Virus record (IMG/VR): IMGVR_UViG_3300028833_001955
Location: 116 to 64,115 of that record
Direction: 5' to 3' (one strand)
Origin: a virus
Taxonomy: Duplodnaviria; Caudoviricetes
DNA: 64,000 nucleotides
Made by a program: the position numbers and the translations under genes. The notes under the pieces are model-generated. The model did not search any database. It was not told where the DNA came from and saw only the letters and a program-made list of their open reading frames with translations. Positions 50,001-58,184 of this stretch are shown piece after piece; positions within the stretch are counted from its first letter, which is position 1; every line of letters begins with the position of its first letter.

Positions 50001-50122
50001 TTATTGACAACAATATGGGTGTTATCGACATTTATATTGAACCAGTTAGGGGTCTTGAGATACTCACACAGAGATTGACTGTTATGAAAACTGGTGGTAT
50101 CGCCGCCGGTGCATTTGAGTAA
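47015..50122 (+). CDS. gp18: Contractile tail sheath protein with a large internal insertion
   Basis: SAGTYRFERD...GFSKIGPFNTP; C-terminal VPPAAYV, AGQRRGVI, IHVRE, FEMN and IYIEPVR. Confidence 0.92.
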   Translation: MALDAELSNLKSAGTYRFERDLSTISNDTTTYSNLRLVVGFSKIGPFNTPMLVTNSAQFVKLYGPIDRSLEKRGSYFHRSCLVALSAGPILCLNLLNLDPDIDQVPQKSFSVNTKYYNKPLVTLPLISIYDTDKFWFASEQAYLDSIERYLNKNAAQELLNNDGDIDRYNGDYTTNILHFTNVGKKPVSILVKKASTYATTGYETTLNDWYGQGNVPEYLNGTSYVSDYMVEVYVIAGDFGPATIKSNGIPTSTDLDDDGEAEIIYRYDINDKDGNNPYSRFTSDIIYQNYFDKDGFIRKDRSTDTTDTKLARFLNLSSVKLLGKYTGSLIPNFVTKLGQNIWIQKLVNDDTSVNGVLCAENIENLENIEEVNGIINENIDIIGHNIPAMLKTTDEKYIDFNFLSYKTDVPSSERFLYFSADVNNDDYFIDDGLRDGVVVYKYENKDNNPDAPYNRYKWTMYEIIVENGPYKGTHKPDDIVEGLPGDEQTTWKQWINSHGLLNGSLTENIYTFESDFNVGVVPSRIRVINEHDDEIQGPVKYTESNPLITDITKFEDNEVIFNNDTYPIEVLHTTARPESPLIGEIRGNEVLVPAGVNIVAGDYVISCVPGIEDEDGVSVTYPFSRLTRVVETRGVYADTSDDSEDAVRLTKVAIKVVCADIVDKSADGYIRKFKTIDQYAEHFQWTCLKGFQLRDELMPNGTNERQNEILDVLREDPRVNGTKSNLFKTLCDRDYIQWRYLVDTFGYGIEESSKDVYTLLCKKRQSALAIINCPSQADFKKSTDPSFVNARNSVEAEFIAKGGDSSKTPSFLYTLPSAENGASFGAYYYPFLRISDLSATKSVPPAAYVSNLYISKYNASNAWSIVAGQRRGVISGNQVIGVEATLVHDNRDWLEPAGINSIIWENGVGVEIYANKTAKQSPKSALSSIHVRECCIYIQDNVETILRKYVFEMNTAQTRLEIKTLVDNFLEGVKADGGVYEYKTVMDTSNNTQEVIDNNMGVIDIYIEPVRGLEILTQRLTVMKTGGIAAGAFE

Positions 50123-50139
50123 AAAATCTCAAATATATG

Positions 50140-50186
50140 AAAAAAGTCGTGGAAAACTCCACGACTTTTTTTATTATCCATAAATA
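50140..50186 (+). terminator. Intrinsic terminator followed by CATAAATA (50179-50186)
   Basis: GTCGTGGA-aaac-TCCACGAC followed by T7. Confidence 0.85.
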
Positions 50187-50211
50187 CGATATATAATAAA
50201 TTATATTTTAT

Positions 50212-50517
50212 ATGAAGAAAATTTCAGACGATATATTTGTACTGAATGAGGATGAAAAGATTGTGGTTGACAATCTTTCCGACAAAATCGCCGAAATGAT
50301 TAAGGAAGGAAAATCGACGGATGAGATTCTCCAAGGAGATTTGGATGAAGGTCTTCTCGGTGGTATTGTTGGTGGAGTCGCCGGTGCAACAATCGGACCC
50401 ACTCTCGGAAGAGCAATATGCAAGGCTCTTGGAATAGAACATGGAATACTGTATAACTTTTTAAACAGTAGGGTATTTCTTGCAGCAGTCTGTGGATATA
50501 TGGGATTTAAATATTAA
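50212..50517 (+). CDS. Small protein: acidic N-half plus glycine-zipper hydrophobic C-half
   Basis: LDE-GLLGGIVGGVAGATIGPTLG. Confidence 0.7.
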   Translation: MKKISDDIFVLNEDEKIVVDNLSDKIAEMIKEGKSTDEILQGDLDEGLLGGIVGGVAGATIGPTLGRAICKALGIEHGILYNFLNSRVFLAAVCGYMGFKY

Positions 50518-50534
50518 AACAAAACAATTTAGAC

Positions 50535-50822
50535 ATGAATAATTTGATTAAAATAACAAAAGATACTTGCATTGGGTCTGAATTTATAGGTGTTTATAAC
50601 ACCAACAACGAGACTATTAAAGACTCTGTTGATAGTGTAGAAAACGAATTGGAAACTTTGAGAAATGAAAATAGAACATTGATGAACAGACTTTCCTCTC
50701 TTTCGGCAAATTTTCAGACTATGAAAAACAGTTATGACTCTCTCAAAGATAGTTATGACCAATTAATGATTGCTTTTGATGATATAAGCAATAAGTTAGA
50801 CGATATAATCAATCAAGAATAA
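50535..50822 (+). CDS. Small coiled-coil protein
   Basis: Heptad pattern over most of its length. Confidence 0.65.
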   Translation: MNNLIKITKDTCIGSEFIGVYNTNNETIKDSVDSVENELETLRNENRTLMNRLSSLSANFQTMKNSYDSLKDSYDQLMIAFDDISNKLDDIINQE

Positions 50823-50824
50823 AG

Positions 50825-53800
50825 ATGGCAAGACGAATAAAATTCAATAGAATAAATGGTAAGGATACACTATCCGATTCCATCACTACACTCAATCAAA
50901 ACTTCGAATTACTTGAAGATACACTCGAAACACAAATAGCCAATGGTGTAAGTAGTCTTCAAGTGGATGATGTTGTGTGGAATGTGGCTGGTGCCACCGG
51001 TCCATCATCAACAATAAAGTTGTCAAATGGAAACACAGCAAAAATAAATCCTATTCCAGCAGCCGATGAAAACCAATCCGGTGTCATTACAACCGGAGAC
51101 CAGAATATTTCCGGTATGAAGACATTCAAATCTGGTATTTCCACCGACAATTTGATAGACTCGATGTACCATAATATCATAACGACTGACGGTAACAAAG
51201 TTTATGTCGGTGGTGAGAATGGTATTCAGCTTATATATGATTCCGATGGAAGATTGAGTGATGTGTATTACTCATTTTTAAGAGGAACTGATATATCAGA
51301 AATTATAACGTCATCGGGCAAGGATATTGAGGAATTGAGAAACTATCTTGAATCCATTTTAAATCAGTATAATATAAGACTTGAGCAACAAGAAGACTAT
51401 ATAAATGATGTTGCAAGGGCCATCGCTGAAATAAACAATCTCGATGAATTAATTGAACAACTCGACGGACTCATTGAAAACTATTTTGGTGAACCGGAAG
51501 AGATGCAGACTCTTATAAACACATGGACTGATGAAGGTACTTTGGATTTGCATCTGAGTGATACTTTCACTGATATTGTAAATAGAAAGTGTTATAAATT
51601 CAGAAAAAGTGGGTCAGATTATAAATGGGTGGAAATTGATGAAAGTGAATATTCTGCCGTAGTTAGGGCTCTCTTGAACTCATTGGAGGCAAAATCTGTT
51701 GCTGATGGAAAATGCACCACTTTCTACCAAGACAAAATACCGGCACCTTGTTATGTCGGTGACATTTGGATTGTCAAGAAAGCGTTCTATATGAACGGAA
51801 ACACACAAGTTGAATATATAGAGGGTACTACAAACGTACCTTCAACAACTATTGTCTATCCGAAAGAAACTATGTTGTTTTGTGTACAGGACAACGACAC
51901 CAATATTCCAGACATAACAGTTTGGAATAAAGACTTGTCAACTTATTCGGAAATCCAATTTAAGAAAAACGTTGAAACAAGATTCGGTGAGACGTTTGAA
52001 GCAATAGAAAAAGCACAAAGTGACATAGATGCCATCAATGATGACAATATGTTCAGCGTCTTCGAGAAGAGAGAATTTTTGAGTAAGACATGGTATGTGA
52101 TTTCCGGAAGTTATAACTATAACGAAAATGCAGATATAGAATATGACAGTGATAATAGACCAACAGAAAATCCACAAAATGGTTTCTTGGGAACAAGTAT
52201 GAATGGTTCGTTCTGGAATGCTGTATTGAACTGCATAGGTGACAATACCAACATAGATGCATACAATGTTCCTCTTGGAGAACTTATAACAGCATTCAAA
52301 AATCTCGCTTCTTTCTGTAAATTGAATGGTCTTTTCAACAACACAATAGAATCTACAACATTCGTCACAACAAGGACAAACGAGTTGAACTCTGATAATT
52401 CTAATATTGGTGCAGTTGCAAAGAAAGAATTGGCAGACTTATTGTACAATTACTATCGTGAAGAAGAAGAGTGTAGAAAAAGTTCATACATTTCAGCAGT
52501 AACATCAACTCTTGATGACCTTATCTCACAAGAAGACCATGCTATTCAGAACTGGTATGTCAATGGTGTTCCTGACAGACAAACTGAATTACCTTGGAGA
52601 ATAACTGGTGAGGATGTAAACGAGTATAACAATGAAGACAATAAACACATTAACGATACACTTGTTGATTTAAATTCTACACTTGGTCAGAACATTTATA
52701 AGTTCTCAAAATTAACATCTAAAGATGATTTCCAAAATGAAGAATTATTTGATACACAAAAAGATAAACGTATCTTAAATACATTATTCTATTGGAAGAA
52801 TATAAAATCCAGTGACATAAGTTCTATCATAAACGAACTCGATATAGATGCCATTATTGCTGGTATGGATGGTTCAATAAATGTGTTCAACTGTATACCA
52901 CACGATTATACATATGGTGATATTTGGTTCTTCAATGGTTTTGATGGGAATGACCCAAACATTGATTTTGTGACAAATTCTGACCGTCAAAGATTTATAG
53001 AAGGGTGTATATACTATTGTAACAATACCGACCTCACTGGTTCTGGAAGTGATACAATTCGTGAAAATTTCCTTTCTTCTGATTGGGAAAACGGATATAA
53101 AAAAGGAGATGAGTTCATCACAAGATTCTCAAATATGGCTTCAGACAGTGTTCTCACACCGATAGAGAAAAACCAACTTGTAAGGACTTGGTATGAAATC
53201 GCCGGTGTAAATTTGTTCGGAAACGACGGAAATGCAAATGATAACATACTTGAAGATATTTTCAACGATGATAACAGTAACGACGGTAGTTTCCGTTTCG
53301 TTATCAACGAGTGTGCATCTGCATTAGGAACACCTATAACAAGTTTTGTTGATTTTCAAAACTTCATCTCAACTACTGAAAATTCTGATTCAGATATAAA
53401 CGATGTCATTGAAGTTGTTAATAATCTTGTAAAGAAATTTAAAGACATAGAAACCGCCCTTATACTTTGTGGTTGTTTAGATACAAGTGTTGACACAATT
53501 CTTAAAGATGTTGAATTTAGTGGTTTTGTGAATCTCACAAGATATAATGGTGTGTGGAATCAAAGTATTCATATCAACATGTTGAGTGATGTGTTTGCAA
53601 CATATTATATGGAAGAAGACAATCTTAAAACTCTTGTTCATCAATTGAAAATAAATGAATTGGAAGATGAGTTAACAAGTAGAATCAATTCCATAGATGA
53701 TATGTCAAGACTTGCTAAAGAAGCCGCTGACGCTGCATTGGAGGGCATTGGTGATATAAATTCTGACGGAGTTTTCTCTGTGTCGGAAAAGATGTCATTC

Positions 53801-56800
53801 TTGAACAACACTTGGCGTAAGATTGCAGGAAGCAAGACATATATACCAAATAGTAATGCCGTAGATGGACATGGAAAACCAATCGCTGGTTATCTCGGTA
53901 CGACCCAACAAGGAACATTCTGGCTCGCCATTGAAAATATGAGAGTGTCACCCGAACCACCAATTGTCACAAAGTTTAAAACTCTCGGTGATATATGTGA
54001 TAATTTTGGTTTATTTGACCAAAGCATTTCTTCATCAAACTTCACTGTAGAAAATTCAAAAGATGCTTTGTATGACGCTTTGTTTGAATACTATAATGAA
54101 GAAGAATTGTTGAGAAAATCTGCATATGCAGCAAGTGTCAATGAGGTGTTGGATGATTTGAGGGCTCAACTAGATGGTAAAATAAACACATATTATGGTG
54201 ATGGGATACCTCCAAGTACATCTGAGGGATTGAATAAACTATGGTCAGATAGTTACGATAACCACATAAACGATGAATATAAAAACACACAAGATTTTTC
54301 AACACTTTATATTTTTCGTAAAATTACTGACAACACTGAAATTGATGAAAATGTAGATATTCAAATAGAAGAAACTGGTTATTATTGGAAGTCTATTGAT
54401 ACTTCAAATATTTCAAATATAATCAGTGAGTTTGAGGATGCTTACAACGAGGCTTTGGCTGCCGTTGATGGTATAATACAGATATTCGGAGAAAGTGATT
54501 TACCAGATGAATATGGATATGGTGATATTTGGTTTTTCGGTGGAATCAGTAAAATAAATGACAATATTGAAAATGCAGACCTCAGTTCATTTGTTGAAGG
54601 TAATATCTATTATTGTAATGCAATCCCGCCAACAGGAGATAGTGATGACTTAAAATGGCATGAATTTGACCCATCACATTGGACAGTAGGTTCCAATTCC
54701 GGTGATATGACCCACAGACTCGCCCACATGACATCTGACGACTGGTTATCTGTCGTCGAGAAACAGCAACTTCTCGACATGTGGTATGAAATTACTGGAA
54801 AAAGGTTTTCTGAATTTGGTTCAAATGCAGAAAACGTGACAAGTACCATAATGTCGATGCAGTCAAATAGTGGTTCATATTATACACTCGTGAGACAATA
54901 TGAAAATACCCTTGACGAATATCAAGAGTACAATGGTGGTGATTCGGAAACCAGTGACACACCAGGTGGTGAAATACCACAACCAGAGGAAGATTATTCA
55001 ATAGTTATTAGGAATGCAAGAGTATTGTGTGGTAGTGTCGATATTACGGAGAATATTGGAGTCATATGTGAAAAAAGTGAAGACATTTCTTACTTTTCAC
55101 ACATAAGACTTGATTATAGAGAACCATACTATATCATTGGGTACAATGACGGAACTCCACATTTCTCAGATAACAATTTTGAATTTTCCGTCACAAAAGA
55201 CACTAATGTTAATATATTGCATGTATTCGGTATAAGTGTTGTTAATGGAAATGATGAAAAGGTAGAAAATTTCGGAAATATTGAAATATCTTCCGAAAAC
55301 CAAGGTGATAAGAAATCAATAGATATAACTTTTACACAATATGAACCTATAAATTATTCTATCAATGATGGTGAATACATACAATTGGAAAATGGCGAAC
55401 CAATACATTTTGAAATCGAACTTAGTGAGATAGAAGCCTATAAAAAATTGATTATAAGAATAGATGAAGATGGTGGAGAAAATGGTTCATCTTTGGAAAT
55501 TGAAACAACCAAGACAAATCTTGACAACGCCCTTAAAAATATATTCAGGATTCTTCTCGCTGTCGGATGTAGTGAAAATCCACTTACAGACACTGATTTG
55601 AAACTTGTTGATATTCCTTCAAGTTTGAACGCCTATGGTGTTGGAAAAATATCGTCAAAACCAACTATCATTGCCGATATATTCAACAGATATTATGCAG
55701 AAGAGGAGAACTTATCTGTTGAATTAACTGAATTGCAGATAACAACTTCTTTAACCAACCCTACAACGGTACAAGAACTCGCTGAAGGTGTCGGTGGTAA
55801 AGGATTCATTCTTTCATCTTTGATACAACTCGAATACAATGACGAGGTTGTCGGAGGTTTGGACGGTGTTACTGCCAACAACGATAATGTAGGTATGTGG
55901 TTCGGGGGTACTGTTGAAAACGCCTTGAAGACTTTGAATGGAACACTTGTTAACAACGAGCAACCAGTTCCTGTGATAGTGACCAAAAATGGTTTAGGAA
56001 GTAAAATTGGTCCATTCAAGATAGGTGAAAGTCGTTCCAACGAACATGTGTTTATAGGTGACGAAACATCCGGTAACGTCACTGTAATCAATACAGACTA
56101 TATTTCGATGGGCGCTTCATATTCAGATTCTGATACTAAAAATGAAGCAAAGAATAATGCAACCATATACCTTGATAGAAATGGTATTGGAAGTAAAATC
56201 GGACCATTGAAAATCGGAAGTGACAATCAAATCTTTATCGGTAATGAAAATACTGGTAACGTTACGATAATAGATACTGATTATATTTCTTTGGGTGCAG
56301 AATACAATAGCTCGAATACAAAAATAGGTGCAAAAGAATCACCAATCTTCTTGGATGTTAATGGAGTTGGAAGTAAAATCGGTCCATTGAAAGTTGGAAG
56401 TTCTGAACAAATATATACCGGAGATGAGAATACCGGAAATGTCACGGTGATAGACACTGGTTATATTTCAATGGGTGCATCATATTCTGACTCCGAAACA
56501 AAATCAGATGCAATGGAGAATGCAATGATATTCCTTGACAGTGACGGTGAGGGAAGCAGAATTGGACCATTGAAAATAAAGAAAGACTCTGACAACAAGA
56601 TTTTGACATTCGGACAATCGAGACCGGTATTCAAATATAAGAGAAGAGTTTCAGACAGTAAATATTTCAGAACATTATGTACTGCAACATCTGATACTTC
56701 TATCGACAATCACAATTTCAATAGTACCGATTTAAACAAAGACATACAATATGGTACAGATGCTGTTGATTGGGAAACTATTGGTGGTGATACACACGAT

Positions 56801-56833
56801 GTTGAACCAGTCGTAGACCCAAATATTTCATAA
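50825..56833 (+). CDS. Large tail fibre/host-attachment-like protein with nested repeats (2002 aa)
   Basis: DG.I..(F/Y)...GDIW motifs, four D..(F/L)S..EK...TW segments and three ~60-aa GSKIGP repeats. Confidence 0.6.
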   Translation: MARRIKFNRINGKDTLSDSITTLNQNFELLEDTLETQIANGVSSLQVDDVVWNVAGATGPSSTIKLSNGNTAKINPIPAADENQSGVITTGDQNISGMKTFKSGISTDNLIDSMYHNIITTDGNKVYVGGENGIQLIYDSDGRLSDVYYSFLRGTDISEIITSSGKDIEELRNYLESILNQYNIRLEQQEDYINDVARAIAEINNLDELIEQLDGLIENYFGEPEEMQTLINTWTDEGTLDLHLSDTFTDIVNRKCYKFRKSGSDYKWVEIDESEYSAVVRALLNSLEAKSVADGKCTTFYQDKIPAPCYVGDIWIVKKAFYMNGNTQVEYIEGTTNVPSTTIVYPKETMLFCVQDNDTNIPDITVWNKDLSTYSEIQFKKNVETRFGETFEAIEKAQSDIDAINDDNMFSVFEKREFLSKTWYVISGSYNYNENADIEYDSDNRPTENPQNGFLGTSMNGSFWNAVLNCIGDNTNIDAYNVPLGELITAFKNLASFCKLNGLFNNTIESTTFVTTRTNELNSDNSNIGAVAKKELADLLYNYYREEEECRKSSYISAVTSTLDDLISQEDHAIQNWYVNGVPDRQTELPWRITGEDVNEYNNEDNKHINDTLVDLNSTLGQNIYKFSKLTSKDDFQNEELFDTQKDKRILNTLFYWKNIKSSDISSIINELDIDAIIAGMDGSINVFNCIPHDYTYGDIWFFNGFDGNDPNIDFVTNSDRQRFIEGCIYYCNNTDLTGSGSDTIRENFLSSDWENGYKKGDEFITRFSNMASDSVLTPIEKNQLVRTWYEIAGVNLFGNDGNANDNILEDIFNDDNSNDGSFRFVINECASALGTPITSFVDFQNFISTTENSDSDINDVIEVVNNLVKKFKDIETALILCGCLDTSVDTILKDVEFSGFVNLTRYNGVWNQSIHINMLSDVFATYYMEEDNLKTLVHQLKINELEDELTSRINSIDDMSRLAKEAADAALEGIGDINSDGVFSVSEKMSFLNNTWRKIAGSKTYIPNSNAVDGHGKPIAGYLGTTQQGTFWLAIENMRVSPEPPIVTKFKTLGDICDNFGLFDQSISSSNFTVENSKDALYDALFEYYNEEELLRKSAYAASVNEVLDDLRAQLDGKINTYYGDGIPPSTSEGLNKLWSDSYDNHINDEYKNTQDFSTLYIFRKITDNTEIDENVDIQIEETGYYWKSIDTSNISNIISEFEDAYNEALAAVDGIIQIFGESDLPDEYGYGDIWFFGGISKINDNIENADLSSFVEGNIYYCNAIPPTGDSDDLKWHEFDPSHWTVGSNSGDMTHRLAHMTSDDWLSVVEKQQLLDMWYEITGKRFSEFGSNAENVTSTIMSMQSNSGSYYTLVRQYENTLDEYQEYNGGDSETSDTPGGEIPQPEEDYSIVIRNARVLCGSVDITENIGVICEKSEDISYFSHIRLDYREPYYIIGYNDGTPHFSDNNFEFSVTKDTNVNILHVFGISVVNGNDEKVENFGNIEISSENQGDKKSIDITFTQYEPINYSINDGEYIQLENGEPIHFEIELSEIEAYKKLIIRIDEDGGENGSSLEIETTKTNLDNALKNIFRILLAVGCSENPLTDTDLKLVDIPSSLNAYGVGKISSKPTIIADIFNRYYAEEENLSVELTELQITTSLTNPTTVQELAEGVGGKGFILSSLIQLEYNDEVVGGLDGVTANNDNVGMWFGGTVENALKTLNGTLVNNEQPVPVIVTKNGLGSKIGPFKIGESRSNEHVFIGDETSGNVTVINTDYISMGASYSDSDTKNEAKNNATIYLDRNGIGSKIGPLKIGSDNQIFIGNENTGNVTIIDTDYISLGAEYNSSNTKIGAKESPIFLDVNGVGSKIGPLKVGSSEQIYTGDENTGNVTVIDTGYISMGASYSDSETKSDAMENAMIFLDSDGEGSRIGPLKIKKDSDNKILTFGQSRPVFKYKRRVSDSKYFRTLCTATSDTSIDNHNFNSTDLNKDIQYGTDAVDWETIGGDTHDVEPVVDPNIS
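55990..56585 (+). repeat. Three ~60-aa coding repeats plus a partial fourth (GSKIGP...GNVT.I.T.YIS.GA.Y)
   Basis: Visible in both translation and DNA (ggaagtaaaat(c/t)gg(a/t)ccatt). Confidence 0.85.
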
Positions 56834-56860
56834 AATCCATAAACAATAAAATACAGAAAA

Positions 56861-58099
56861 ATGACAATCACTTGTGGATATAATAACATAGAACTTATAA
56901 GAAGACCTTTTAAGAAAATGTCTTCAAGCCAAAACCAATCTTCAAAAATGAGGGTTGAAGAATTAGGAGATTTCAATCTTATCCCTTTAGAGACTGATTC
57001 TTTTTATAATGTGGAAAATCAAGTTTTTCCGAAAGATGGAGACACGGGTCAGATATACACTATATCTGACCCAGATGTCGGAGTACTCGTTCCACACATT
57101 GTGAAATTCGGTAGATTTCCATTGACATATAAAACCGTTGATGTTGATGATTGCATCAATATACCGGATTTCAATACAAGTGTTATAAGTCAAACAAATA
57201 TCACAAATTCATCAATATTGTTGAACAATACGATATATAATGTCTTGGATTTTATATTTATACAACCTATTTTCTTAAAGACTAACAATGTCTGGTATTC
57301 TTATGTTCCTAGATATAAAATCAACGATAGTGACATGGTTTTCGAGAAAATTGAGATAACAGATTTCAACAATATGTTTGAAGAGGATGATGATTTGGAA
57401 ATAAATGATGTTGTAATTTCTGACCAAAATGTTTCCGACATGAATTTTGCTCAATTTGGTATTGGTAAGAATGGATTATCTCTTAAAAACGGAATATCAT
57501 ATACGATAGATAGTGGTGGAAATGCCGATTTCAACATTGGTAATATAAAGAGTGATGCTCAACCATTTGCAAAAATAAAGATGAAGATTGACAACCAACC
57601 AATCACCATAAATAAAAAACTTGAAGTAAATTCATATAAAAAAGGTGATGTGTTGTCAGGAACTTCATTCACTTCATTGCTTGGAACAGTAATACAAAAT
57701 GTCATTGATGAATATACGAATAAATATATTGATTGTGACACAGATGGTAATGTGCAAACAAAGAATGCAAATACAAATGGTAATTCATATTATTCATCTT
57801 ATGACATAAACAATACAAACAATAATACGATTTATGTAAGATTTAAAAATACAAATACACGTAAAAATCCGACATTTCGTCTAAATGATATAGATAATGA
57901 CACATATCTTCGTCAAATAATGTATAATGGTATATATGGTAATGATTTAATTAACATTCCAGAAGGATACTATAAGGTAACTCCTTTTGAAAATGCAAAT
58001 ACAAGAGTATGGAAATTTGAATCTGACAAACTAGTAAACTCAGTAAATACGTTCTTAAAAAAGACTTCGAGTTTTGACATTCTTATAGTAAAAAAATAA
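56861..58099 (+). CDS. Probable tail/baseplate-associated protein
   Basis: Asn/Ile-rich, lies directly after the fibre gene; CATAAACA variant at 56838. Confidence 0.45.
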   Translation: MTITCGYNNIELIRRPFKKMSSSQNQSSKMRVEELGDFNLIPLETDSFYNVENQVFPKDGDTGQIYTISDPDVGVLVPHIVKFGRFPLTYKTVDVDDCINIPDFNTSVISQTNITNSSILLNNTIYNVLDFIFIQPIFLKTNNVWYSYVPRYKINDSDMVFEKIEITDFNNMFEEDDDLEINDVVISDQNVSDMNFAQFGIGKNGLSLKNGISYTIDSGGNADFNIGNIKSDAQPFAKIKMKIDNQPITINKKLEVNSYKKGDVLSGTSFTSLLGTVIQNVIDEYTNKYIDCDTDGNVQTKNANTNGNSYYSSYDINNTNNNTIYVRFKNTNTRKNPTFRLNDIDNDTYLRQIMYNGIYGNDLINIPEGYYKVTPFENANTRVWKFESDKLVNSVNTFLKKTSSFDILIVKK

Positions 58100-58104
58100 T
58101 AAAT

Positions 58105-58154
58105 AAAAAAAGACCATTCCAAGCAAATGGTCTTTTTTTTTTATTTCATAAATA
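58105..58154 (+). terminator. Intrinsic terminator followed by CATAAATA (58147-58154)
   Basis: AGACCATT...AATGGTCT followed by a T-tract. Confidence 0.8.
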
Positions 58155-58184
58155 CATTAAATTAGTTATTTAAATACATATTGT

